A stretch of 64,000 bases of DNA from Lingula anatina. Taxonomy: Eukaryota > Animalia > Brachiopoda. Numbering within the stretch: position 1 is the first letter of the stretch; every line of letters starts with the position of its first letter. The stretch covers positions 9,548,001 through 9,612,000 of the forward strand of contig CM120647.1 of assembly GCA_051362555.1 (NCBI GenBank). Reading direction: 5' to 3'. The notes beneath the pieces are model-generated. The model did not search any database, was not told the origin of the DNA, and saw only the letters and a program-made list of their open reading frames with translations. A program made the position numbers and the translations under genes. Positions 43,113-55,325 of this stretch are shown one piece after another.

Positions 43113-44816
43113 ATGTGTACTAAGTATATAACTACCATAATGTACTTCATTAAATAGTGTCGCTCCAAACTCTTTTATTCACACATGAACGATATACGAC
43201 AAATGAACAAAAGCAAAATTCCAACCAATCGTTTTCGCTGCATCTATGATTATGTTGACGATTAAGTGGAATATTGCATAAGATGATGTGCCCACTGTAT
43301 GCATCCTTGTCTAAGCTTGGTTTTAAGTGTTTAACAAAAGCATCAGAATCATTACATAGTCCGGCGTTGGTGTCATCTTAGTGCTTCCATAATTACTATA
43401 CCTGTTAATAGAATGTTTCTTTATTCACACCTGGATGATAAACAAAACGCCGAGGCTTTGGCTATAATGGCATTAAGTAGAATCTTGCATAAGATACCGC
43501 CCCACAGTACATATATACGACTTGCACACAGCATTCGGCTGGTTCGAAAGTAATTAACAAATACATCAATATACTATTTTGTTCCAAAGCATTGTTCAAC
43601 AAGCATATCTCTCCACGCCCAGCTGTCGGACAAATCTTTGTGATACCAGTATTGTCCGCTCTTTGTACTCTGTGTGAGAAATGACAATGTGTACAACTTA
43701 ATAGGGGATTTGAGTTCTCTGCTTAAGGGAACCGTCATAATTTGAGGCATACCGTAATCGATTGACCTTGATATAGCAAATTTTAATATTCCTACAAATG
43801 TTAAATCTTTTTTCTAGTCATCAAGTTACTCTACAGAATCGTGCACAGAATTTCGATCCATAAATTCGTGGTTATGTCGTTGAATTTTTCCACGTAAGTT
43901 CCAGAATCCCATACTTAATCTTGAAAGCACCAATTTATTCTTAACCATTCTTATTTCTATCCTTATCTTTATTCATCTGTTTTTGGGACGTTATTGCAGT
44001 AAATTTACTTTTTAAAATGTGCAGAAATGAAGAGCTACAGCTACCTGTGAAGTTTGTAGTGGAAGTAGAAGGAAGGTGCAATGAGTGCGAGGCTTAACTA
44101 TCGCAATCGCGAGTATCGCATTTAGTGTGAAGGTCGAAGGTTAAAGCCCTGCTGACAAACTGCTAAAGATCCAATCAGAGTCAATTTTTTGCCACAAAAC
44201 TCAACTAAATGCCGTTCAATATATGGGACTTTTACGAAGTGAAGGGACGGAAAATATAGTTCAGTTTATAAACAGAATGTCGAAGAAAGTAAAGCTATTT
44301 TTTAGCAAAACGACATATCGACTTCATTTTAGTCGTATAAGAAATCTGCGAAGCGGTTTATATGCTCAACTTATATGCAATTTTAAAGCAAGAAGAAAAA
44401 TATTTTTTCTTGAAACTTTACAATTTTCGTATACTGGCCAAGATATACCTTATCCAAACCCGTTATGTAAATGAAAATCCAATCCGAGTTTGTTTCCAGT
44501 TGGAGTCAGCGGTTTGCAAAAGAAAACTATCATATACAAGCCTATACCTTCAATTGGACGTTCTTGCCTTCCAAAATCACTTTTCTACATGCTGAATGTA
44601 CAGGTATGGAAACAAATAAATCCGAGAATCCGAAAATTTAAAACGTTTTTATAAATGTATTGTGTTAAAAGTTTAAGATAACTCGTATGCGCAAAATTAA
44701 ACCAACCACCCACAGGTTCATTTTCAAATGTGAATATTTTAACATAATAATTTTAAGAAACACAGTCAATTGCAACTGCAGCGTCCCATGGCTGCATGGC
44801 CATTCACAAATTAGCA

Positions 44817-46092
44817 TCACACCCGGGTAGTTACATGTATAGTTGCAATGGACGCTGCATTAATATCAGTGGACGCATGTTGGTTTGAACACTGCCCATC
44901 CTGCCCATCGTTAGAGCCACGCACAACTGGCATCTTAGACTTAGAACATCCGCCAGTACAACAACAATAGCAGTTTTTTAACACATTCATCATTTCGTTT
45001 CTGAAGATCTGCGCCGACGCAACGAAGAGAAAAAAATTGATATTGTGATTCACCAAGCTAAAAAGAAAAAGGACTTCTCGAACAAGCGAATGTTCCGCGG
45101 GGATGCTATAACCTATGCCAGTGTACGAAGCCATTGTTACCCTCCAGTAGAGATCAAACCCGTTAAGCGGCCAAGTGAGCACGATGAACGCAGTCAATGT
45201 CGTTAATAGCAGAGTGTTTGTTTTATTGTTCGTCGATCCACCGCTACCCGAGTGCTGCTGCAGACGGCCAGTCAACTGTTGTCTTACAGAATGGATGTGT
45301 CTAAGTTTACATACAATAGCAAACGTCATAGCAACAATGGCTACAGAAACCAATATTTTTCCAAATAACATGATATAATTTAAAGCAACATCAATGTCAA
45401 GCGCTGCCTCTGTTGATAAAAAACACTCTGCAATGTTGGGAGAACTCAAGCCTAAAGCCAACAGAATGAGAGCAAAACAAGTCAACAAAGCTTTTCGTCT
45501 CGTACACAGAGACGCTGCTTGCAGTGGTTTATAAACTATAACAAGTCTCTCTACAGTCACCGCCAATACGTAAAAAACTGATAGAAGTAAAGACGTGTCA
45601 TTCAAAAAATGACCTGTCGAAGCAGCGCCACACGAGAATCCTGTTGTTTTTAAAATAGTATCCGACATGATGCATTCCAACGATATATTCGCAAGCCGCA
45701 ACTGATCCGCACCTGCAAGGAACAAAATGTAGACGAAAGTTGACTTCTGCCTTAGGTTCGGACGTCGAAGAATTACGAAGAATGTGAGGAGGTTACTAAT
45801 CAGACCGATGGCCGCGAAGACGTGTATTGCAGTACACCAACACGCCTGGAAGTTTAGCCAGCACCTCTGCTCGGGGGAAAGCTCGGAAAATTTTGACAAA
45901 CTTCCATTATCATCTGAGAACCCACTGCTGTGATTAAACCAACTTCCATTATCTTCTGGGGGGACACTGTAATAAAACAAACTTCCATTATCATCTGAGA
46001 AACCACTGCTGTAATTAAACCAACTTCCATTATCTTCTGGGGGGACACTGTAATTAAATATACAAACCGTACGGGTGGTCGGTTTCAGCCAT
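44817..46092 (-). pseudogene. Class A GPCR paralog 2, frameshifted shortly after the start codon (probable pseudogene)
   Basis: The 7TM body is open (44817-45980, TTG start in the track). The conserved ATG at 46092 reads MAETDHPYGLYI* because of a net 2-nt deletion relative to paralog 3. The first in-frame ATG lies after TM2. Confidence 0.75.
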
Positions 46093-47591
46093 CGTCAAAC
46101 GCTGTCTTAGCTTCAAGACTCATTTGATTCTCAAAACTGCAACATTTTACAGTGCTGGCTGGTTCAGAAATGATGACGAAAGAAAAGCAATTTTATCTGT
46201 AATGTGTGAGGAATCACCAGTTTCTAGTTGGACTGATGGACAGTATATATAGGATAGCGTTAGTCGAAATTAAGGTGTGTACTAAGTACTACTATAATGC
46301 ACTACCGTAATTAGTGGCTCTCGAAGCACTTCACTCACACCTGGACGATATACGATAAAATTAACAAAAGCAGAATTCCAACCTGTCGCTTTTACTGATT
46401 CTCTGCTGACAATTAAGTGGAAAATTGCATAAGATAGTGTTCATGTATGCAGCCTTACTGTTCATATAAAGATCCCTCGGTTTAAAGTATTTGTCTTTCG
46501 GTACGTGTCTTCTAACTACTTCCATAATTACTGTATTTGTTACAAGATAAAAAAAAAACGCTGTCAACAATTTTATTCACACCTGGACGATAAACAAAAT
46601 GATGAGGTTTGAATTATGCTGACAATGAAGCGGTGCATATATATGTTATGTGCACGCAGAGTTCGACTGGTTTAATGGCAACTAACAAATGCGTCAATAT
46701 AATAATTCTTTTGTCCCAAAGCTGTGTTCAACAAGCATATCTGTCTTCGCCCAGCTGTTGGTCAAATCTATCGTGATGCTAGTATTGTCCACTCCATATA
46801 CTGGGTGGGAGAAATGACAATACGTACAAAGTACATAATTCAAATGACAATACGTACAAAGTATTCATTGCCTAAAGCATTACCTGTACTTTAATTTAGT
46901 ATACTATTTTCGAAACCCCTTCCATACTTTAATTTATGTAATATTTATATATACCTCTGATATTATAGGGTAGGAGTGTAGTTGAATTTTACCACGCAAG
47001 AGCAAAATTCGTTTGATACTTAATTTTAAAAGTGCAAATTTATTCTTAAGCACTCTATTATTTCTGGGACGTTACTGCAAATTGATTTTCTTTTTAAAAT
47101 GTGCAGAAATGAAGAGCTACGGTAACCTGTGAAAATTCTAATGGAATTAGGAGGATACAACTATCACAATTAGTGTGTGAAAGTCAACTATCGCACTGGT
47201 GATCATGACGATCTGTTAAAGATGCGTTCAAAGTCAATTTTTGCCACAAATCCAGGAAATGCAAATGCCACCATATACTTTCAAACAATATACTTCAGAA
47301 AATTGCTAAAGACATCGTACCCCTTATTTATGTATAGGTCTTTTTCAAACTGGAGGGATGTAAGAAATTTCAGTTAACAAACAAGGATTCGAAGAAGGTA
47401 AAGCTATTTTTTGGCAGAACGAGCAATTTAGTTTATGACTCCACATATCGGCTTTATTTAAGTCGTATAAGAAATTTCTGAAAGTGGTTTTAATGTTGCA
47501 CTGGAAATCTAAGCTCGACATATATGCAATTTTAAAGCAAAAATAAAAATAATTTTTCTTGAAACTTCATCAATTTTCCTATATCTGTCAA

Positions 47592-48472
47592 GGTATCAGA
47601 ACAATCCCCCCCCCCCCCCGGGCAATTCCCCTCCGGACTATTCCCCCTGGACAATTCCCCCCCGGACAATTCCCCCCCCAGGACAATCCCTCCCCCCGGA
47701 CGATCCCCCCCCCCCGAAGAATATATATTTATATACAAATATAAAGTAAAGAGTACTTAGTTCAAATTTTTCCATCCATTTTATGAATATTTCTTAGTGT
47801 GATGTAGCAACTCGAGGACAGATGATATCAATTTTATAAAACAAATTATTTTCAAGTACATACGATTTTGGAGATAGAAGTACACATTTTATTAAAAACC
47901 TGATCAAAGTATATCTCCAGATAAGGAGGGGTAAACAGATGATCTCACTCATCCAGGTAACCCTTTGATGAATTAACTATTACTTCTAATTGCCCCCCCC
48001 CCTTGATTGAGTGAGTCTTTGAATCAAGGTGCATCTCTAGGGAGAGGTGGGGTAAACAGATTTTCTCACCTATCCAGGTATCCCTTTGACTATTTGTCAC
48101 TTTTAATTGCTTGACTGCTACCCACCACCCACCACACTAAAATATTCATAAAATATCTGTTTACCTGTTCATCTGTTTACCCCACCTTTACCTGAGGGAT
48201 AGGTAGTTATACTTTGATTAGATATTTAATAAATCTTCCTGTACTTGTACTCAATGAAAAAGGAATTTGTTATAAAATTTTTTTCATGATGAAGTTGTAT
48301 TATTACACTAAAAATATTTAAAAAATGGATGAAATGTTTTAAACTTTACACTTTCTTCTCTATATTTGTATATAAATATATATTTCTTGGGGGGGAATCG
48401 TCCGGGGGGGAATTGTCCTGGGGGGGAATTGTCCGGAGGGGAATTGTCCAGGGGGGAATTGTCCTAGAATCC
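47592..48472. mobile_element. Non-autonomous foldback-type DNA transposon (~880 bp), long inverted arms with GGACAATTCCCCC tandem repeats, 6-bp TSD
   Basis: GG...CC termini and a TGTCAA duplication at 47586-47591 and 48473-48478. The inverted arms extend roughly 350 bp. Paralogous spacers (e.g. ~44430, ~59740) show the empty site. Confidence 0.88.
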
Positions 48473-49476
48473 TGTCAAGATATACCCCATCCAAACCGTC
48501 TAAAAACGAAAATTGAATCCGAGTTTTTTTTCTACGAATTGACTAAGTGGTTTGCAAAGTAAAATTGACCGTAAACGAGCTAATACCTTTTATGGAACGT
48601 TCTTGTTTTCCACACTCACTTTAATATATGCCGAATGTATGCAAATGAAAGAATCCAATAATTCAAAACGAATTTATTTGAAACTTACTTGTTACCTAAA
48701 TTCTCTTTCAGTATTATTTTATCTCATGAACCCCAATTGGTCGATAGCGAGAGATAATTCGCTCTTTTCTTCCTACTGTCTGTAATTCAGTTGAACATCG
48801 AAATACCAATGCGTATTTTTTGTTACTAAATTTTTATTCATTAGATAAAAACAGCCCAGTTTCAAAGTGAATTAGTTTGAATGATCATAGATATACAAAC
48901 ACGTGACAAAAATTATTTCATATACATTTTGCAGCAAGCCTGTTCCTATACAATGGTCTAACGCACATTGACTGTCTTTAAAGGTCCACTGCATGAGATT
49001 TACTCGCTAAAATGGCTTTTCCGGGGAAAATAAAGAATGTCCCCTACTCATGCATCATTTATCTACCTTTGTCAGCACTTGGATTCGACTTTTGATAATA
49101 TTTTTTAAAGGTTGATTTTAGGTCATCATTACTGGCAAGTCAATATAAGAGCGACCGTTTTCCTATAAGATCCAATGAAAATATCATTATCAGGTACGCC
49201 CCGGAACAAATATCTAAGGGGTTAAATCATGTTTAAAGTGTATGTAAGGTTTTATAAGAAGCTGTGGATGGCAAAAAAAAAGAATTTTGGGGATGTTCAA
49301 ACCCATGGAGAGTATACTTTTATGTACATCCACTGTGGTGGCCTATTTTTCCAGTGCACATACATATAGAATCATATAGTGATAGTAAAATAGCTAATAA
49401 AAATAATCGCCGAAATTCGTGTTTCCTAATTGCGGAGGGGGGCATGCCAAAGTGTCCCCAGTGGTACAGAGCCTGG

Positions 49477-49762
49477 ACCCGCACGAAAATGCAGTAGTAT
49501 CGAAGTAGCAAAGAAGCATTTACGCAGTAGTGGTGTGGAGCATATTTACAGCAGAAATGCAGTATAGCCTACTGCAATTCTACTTCAAAAATTACATAGG
49601 GTTGTACAGAGGAGGAGCATTAATGCAGTAGATTAGCAGCATGATAGAAGCATGTTTCAAATATGCTAATTAGCTCCCACATCGAAGCAGATTTGAAGCA
49701 TGTATGCAGTATGATTGCAGTAGTCTACTGCGCTGGAGTAGCTACTTCGTTTCGTGCGGGTC
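49477..49762. mobile_element. Small MITE-like element with GACCCGCACGAAA inverted termini and internal GCAGTAG repeats
   Basis: 13-bp perfect inverted termini. No clear TSD was found. Confidence 0.55.
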
Positions 49763-50049
49763 AGTTTCTCACTAAACTGGTAAATTGTGACCTACTTACA
49801 TTAAACTGATTTTCAGCGGTCTCTCTGTTAGATTCACAAAGGTAAGAATAAGGACACAGACCCTCGGTTTTTTTTAACACGGATGCGTCGTATTAAATGT
49901 TTAAAAATACTCGTATGTGCAAAATTAAACCTATGACCCACAGGTTCGTTTTCAAAAGTGAATATTTTTTAATTAGAATTTTAAGAAACACAGTCACGTA
50001 CAACTGCAGCGTCCCATGTTGCTATCGACTGGCCGTTCACAAATTAATC

Positions 50050-51270
50050 TCAAACCTGGGTAGTTATAGTAGTAACGGACGCTGCATTAATATCAGTGGA
50101 CACATGTTGGTTTGAACACTGCCCATCGTTAGAACTACGTTCAACTGACATCTTAGACTTTGAACATCCGCCAGTACAACAACAATGGTAGTGTTTAAAC
50201 ACATTTATCAGTTCGTTTCTGAAGATCTGTGCCGATGCAACGAAGAGAAAAAAGTTGATGTTGTGATTCAACAAACTTAGAAGAAACAGCACATCCCGAA
50301 CAAGCAAATGTCCCGCGGGGATGCTATAACCTATACCAGTGTACGCAGCCATTGATATCGTCCAGTAGAAATCAAACCCGGAAAGTGGCCAAGTCAGCAA
50401 GATGAACGCGCTCAATGTCGTTAGTAGCAGAGTGTTTGTTTTATTGTTCGTCGATCCACCGCTACCCAAGTGCTGCTGCAGACGGCCAGTCAACTGTTGT
50501 CTTACAAAATGGACCTGTCTAAGTTTATATACAATAGCAAACGTCATAGCAGCTATGGCTACAGAAACCAATATTGTTCCAAATACCATGATATAATTCA
50601 AAGCAACATCAATGTCAAGCGCTGCATCTGCTGATAAAAAACACCCTGCAATGTTGGGAGAACTCCAGCCTAAAGCCAACAGAATGAGAGCAAGACAAGT
50701 CAACAAAGCTTTTCGTCTCGTACACAGAGACGCTGCTTGCAGTGGTTTATAAACTATAATAAGTCTCTCTACAGTCAACGCCAGCACATAAAAAACCGAT
50801 AGAAGTAGAAAAGTGTCATTCAAAAAAGTAACAACCGAAGCGGCGCCACACGAGAATTCTGTTGTTTTTAAAATAGTATCCGACATGATGCATGTGCACG
50901 ATATATTCGTAAGCCGCAACTGATCCGCACCGGCAAGGAACAATATGTAGACGAAAGTTGACTTCCGCCTTAGGTTCGGACGTCGAAGAACCACCAAGAA
51001 TGTGAGGAAGTTACTTATCAGACCGATGGCCGCCAAGACATGTATCGCAGTACACCAACACGCCTGGAAGTTAATCCAGCACCTCTGCTCGGGGGAAAGC
51101 TCGGAAAAATAAAACAAACTTCCGTTACCATCTGAGGACCCACTGCTACAATTAAAACAACTTCCATTATCTTCTTGGGAACCACTGTAATAAATCCAAC
51201 TTCCATTATCATCTGAGGAACCACTGTAATCATAATATTCAAAACCGTACTGGTAGTCGGTTTCAGCCAT
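50050..51270 (-). CDS. Class A GPCR paralog 3 (406 aa)
   Basis: Intact ORF from the conserved ATG (MAETDY...), with the same 7TM motifs as paralog 1 and three N-terminal NGS repeat units. Confidence 0.92.
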   Translation of the reverse strand: MAETDYQYGFEYYDYSGSSDDNGSWIYYSGSQEDNGSCFNCSSGSSDGNGSLFYFSELSPEQRCWINFQACWCTAIHVLAAIGLISNFLTFLVVLRRPNLRRKSTFVYILFLAGADQLRLTNISCTCIMSDTILKTTEFSCGAASVVTFLNDTFLLLSVFYVLALTVERLIIVYKPLQAASLCTRRKALLTCLALILLALGWSSPNIAGCFLSADAALDIDVALNYIMVFGTILVSVAIAAMTFAIVYKLRQVHFVRQQLTGRLQQHLGSGGSTNNKTNTLLLTTLSAFILLTWPLSGFDFYWTISMAAYTGIGYSIPAGHLLVRDVLFLLSLLNHNINFFLFVASAQIFRNELINVFKHYHCCCTGGCSKSKMSVERSSNDGQCSNQHVSTDINAASVTTITTQV

Positions 51271-51568
51271 CGTCAAACTCTACCTTAATTTGGCTTCAAG
51301 ATTCAGTTGACAATTCACACTGCGACATTTAACAGGGCTGGCGGGTTCAAAAATGATGACGAAAGAAAAGCAGTGTTATCTCTAATGTGTGAGGAATCAC
51401 CAGTATACAACATTGGTCAAAAAGGTTGTCCCATCCCCATTTCCATGTACTTTTATTTACAAATGATCACTTTACAGCTGTAAATTGTTAAAAATAGTGC
51501 TTTTTATTACAGATACCGTGTCTAACATGATAAATGGTTTAAAAATACAAAATAGTGAAGAAAATATA

Positions 51569-53537
51569 GGGGAGAGCGGGGTTGGTTGGAACAGTTTTCA
51601 CCTTTTTTGCGATATCTCAGCAGTCAAAGCTTTGGGGACAAAAATAAAAAATCTGATAGGGGAAAATTATATGCCGCACTTATCTATGAAATAAAACATC
51701 AAGTAGGTCTTTTTATTTTAGAGTAATAAATGCTCAAAGTTGGCTCCTAAAACGTTCCATCTCACCCCACCCGCGGGGTCAGTTGGAACAGGCAGTGGGG
51801 TGAGTTGGAACAAGAGGGCGAGTTGGAACGCTTGCATATAAATTCAAAGTATAATTCATTTTAAGAGTAGGTTTATCTATATTAATTTCCCAACAAGTAC
51901 GTGTTACTTTGTATTCGTATCTCCATAGTTTGTAAGCATTTTTTACGTTTACAATTTGCTTTCAAATAGTCTTTTCGATGTATAAACCATATCCAGTTAC
52001 ACTTCATTTCATAATGATAACAAAAGTGGTGTAGTTTAAGAGAAAAGAAATTGAACTCATATAACTCAACCTATTAACAACAGTATGTTAGACCTACAAA
52101 TGAAAACTGTATCTCTTTCAACTCAACAACTCAGAATCAAAATCGCAGTTCTGACATATGTAGGCCCTACACTTGGTCAACCTTTGTACAGTCTTCATGT
52201 GACCACTTTAGACAAACAATGCATTTAACCCATTGCTCTTTTGGTCGGCTGTTAATGAACGGCTCCCCACAAACCAGACATGGCCACTCTTCTTCTGACT
52301 CAGAATCGCTGGTCATCTTTAATTTCCCTTTTCTTGATTTTCTCTATTGACTAGAAATCTTAAACTGTTTTTTATTTTTGTTGCGCTTGTCCTTTTTAAT
52401 TTTGTTGGGCTTGGCCTTTTCTTTTTCGAGTAGCTCATTTTCAGGTGTGTCAGTTAGTACTGCACTGCATTGTTTTCTTCTTTTAATCTTTGGAATGCGA
52501 CGGTGAGCCTTTGGAAAGGGTCTAATTATTGCTGGACTTGAGCTGTTTGGGGTTTTTCTTAAGTGAGCTTTAGTGTGCTGTAGCACCTCTTCCGGTGAGG
52601 GCAACTGAGATTTCAACTGAATCTTTGTCTAAGTTACGAGGTGAATGTTTGTCCTTTCTGGCGGATTTTGTACCGTCGTTCACTAAACATTAACAGCAAC
52701 CCCCAATCCATTACATAAAACATTTAAAACCACATCGGCAGAATTGGTGTTGTATAGTTTATCCATAACATAGGCTCTCAGCTAGAATATTTTCATTTTG
52801 CCGCGAAAAGCAGAGTAATAATCAACATTTCCTTCCACATCTAAAAGCAATTTATCGCAAAAAGCAACTGTGGGCATGCAGACCCCTTTCGACCAAACAG
52901 CTAGGAACTGCATTTAACAAGCAATGACCCCCCCCCCCCCTCCCCCTTGTATCTTCTACACGCATGTACATTCCGGCATCTTGGAGATGTTCTATCAGCT
53001 AGATTCCGTCTCCAGTTGGAGTTGTACTGGGTTACTACGTTACTACTCTCTTTAAAGTTGAAATTAAAACATTTAGAGAGGTTTAAAAAATGAAAAACAC
53101 CGTGCGGGGTGGGTTGGAACACCCCTGACAGTGTTCCAACTGGCCCCATGTCAAATGTTCCGACCAGCCCCCATGACGTCATGGCCTACTTATGACACTG
53201 TATTTCTTTAACACGTGGGAAGTGATTAAAAAAAACAAAAGCCTTTTGAACATCAAGGTGGCCCTAAACGCTATGCACAATTTCAGTGATATAATCCTTA
53301 TACTTTAGTTTACAGCACGATGAATGTCAAAAATATGAAAACTTACTTCGAGTAGCGAAAATAAGTTTTTTTCGCATAAAACTTTTACTGCATTTTCGAA
53401 ACTTCCACAAGTTTACCGGATGAATGACCATGCCACGTGACATTTTTATGCTGAAGGAGCACATGATCGGTCTTGTGATTTAAGAAATAAAGCCAATGTT
53501 CCAACTTACCCGCGTTCCAACCCACCCCGCTCTCCCC
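51569..53537 (-). mobile_element. Internally deleted pogo-like DNA transposon (~1.97 kb) nested in the Tc1 arm
   Basis: TIR GGGGAGAGCGGGGT.GGTTGGAAC with a TA duplication at 51567-68 and 53538-39, plus repeated subterminal GTTGGAAC motifs. Removing it restores the Tc1 inverted arm. Confidence 0.88.
52118..52616 (-). pseudogene. Transposase C-terminal remnant with PHD-type zinc finger
   Basis: IRPFPKA..KRRKQCSAVLTDTPE basic region, then CLVCGEPF..WVKCIVCLKWSHEDC..(frameshift)YICQNC, a C4HC3 pattern. This architecture is typical of invertebrate pogo/CENP-B-type DDE transposase C-termini. The DDE core is missing. Confidence 0.75.
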
Positions 53538-55325
53538 TACACATTTTATACCATTTAGTAAAATTTATATGAGGTACCCCCTCAAATCCACCGTTTCACA
53601 GTGACTTCTACAGATGTAAAGAAATGTCTATTATATAAATTGAAAAGACGCCATCAAATGTCACCAAATTCACACACAATTAGCATTAGGTTGTGCTCGT
53701 TAAAGGTCACGTGCCTAACAGCGTGTGCGTCTGCCGCGTACTGTAGTTTTCTCCTGTAGACGGCGCGACAAGCCTTCAACACGGGTAACAATTCTGTTAT
53801 GTGGGATATTGTCCCATTGTTCCTAAAGAGCGTGGCGGAATTGGTCCAGATTATTTGGGAATTGGTTCTCCTCTGCAATGCACATTCTAATTAATGCCAC
53901 AGGTGCTCAGTACGATTATTATCAGGGCTCAAAGTCCCTTCCTCAGAGCCCTGTGTTTCTGCAACAGATCGCTTGCCAGACGAGAGCTGTGAGCAAGTGC
54001 GTTGTCACAATGAAGCCAGTAGCATCCCTGAAGTCACCTCTTGCAAATGGAGTGAGATTTTTGTTGAGAATGTTACAGTAAAATGCCCCTGTTACGTTTT
54101 GTTCCAAAAGAAACAATGTATTAATACCATGGGCTTAGCATGCACTCTAAATGCGGACTGATCTAACACCTAAGGCGATATTATCCTACACACACCCTTC
54201 CAAGAAACATTTTTAACATGTCTATGGACCCTCATTGGACCATCGATGGGGTACAAGAAATAATTTGATTCTACATCAAACCCGACTTCCTTCCAGTGAT
54301 GGATGGCCAGGTTCAGGTGCCTGTGGGATCACTGAACGTAGCATTCTAAGCTGATATCTCACTCCATCTTCAAGAACTGACTTTGGGGTTAACTCCAGGC
54401 TTCATCATGACTACACACTTGCTCATGGCTCTCGCCTGGCAAGAGTTTGTTGAAGAAACACAATGGTCTAAGGATGAAACCACCATCTTTGAGCCCTGAT
54501 ATTAAACTTACTAACCAACTGTGACGTGAATTGGAGTGTGCAATGCAAAGGAGACCCAACCCCATAAAAACGTAGACCAACTCCCCCAACGTGTTTAAGA
54601 AGAATGGGACAATATCCCACAAAACAGAATTGTTACCTGTGTTGAAGGCTTTTCGCGCCGTCTACAGGAGATAATTGCAGTATGCGGTAGACGCACACGC
54701 TGTTAGGCACGTGACCTTTAATGAACACACCCTAATGCTAATTGTGTGTGAATTTGGTGACAATTGATGGCGTATTTTCAATTTAATTGACATTTCCTTA
54801 CATCTGTAGACGTCACAGTGAAACGGTGGATTTGAGGGGTACCTCTTATAAATTTTACTAAATGGTATAAAATGTGTATATTTTCACCACTATTTTGTAT
54901 TTTTTAACCATTAATCATATTAGGCACGGTATCTGTAATTAAAGGCACTATTTCTAACACTTCACAGCTGTGATGTGATCATTTGTAAATAAAAGTACAT
55001 GGAAATGGGGGTGGGACAACCTTTTTGACCAATGTTGTATAGTGGGACTGATGGATAGTGCAAAGGATAGCGTTAGTCGGAATTAAGGTGTGTACTAAGT
55101 ACTTCTATAATGCACTTCCGTAATTAGTGTCGCTCGAAGCACTTTCACTCACACCTGGAAGATAAACGATAACAAAAGCAAAATTCCAACCCATCGCTTG
55201 AACTGCTTCTCTGTTGACAATTAAGTGAATAATTGCATAAGATGTATGTATATGCAGCCCTACTCTTCATATAGATATCCCTCGCTTTTAAGTATTTGTT
55301 TGTGGTATACGTGTTTTCTAACTAC

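Larger units (their letters stand above)
51408..55037. mobile_element. Tc1-derived palindromic non-autonomous element (interrupted by a pogo-like insertion)
   Basis: TA-flanked terminal inverted repeat CAACATTGGTCAAAAAGGTTGTCCCA. Both arms encode a decayed Tc1 transposase C-terminus (DNALAH...SPDNNRTEHLW...WDNIP.NRIVT.VEG.SRRLQE). The empty site is seen in the paralog 1 and 2 upstream flanks. Confidence 0.9.

Noticed and set aside
48978-49100. TTAA-AGGTCCACTGC, a possible Kolobok-like terminus
   Set aside because: No matching opposite terminus was found.
45175-51242. Short ORFs overlapping the GPCRs (45175, 45854, 50402, 51018)
   Set aside because: They are antisense or alternative-frame shadows of the GPCR coding sequence.
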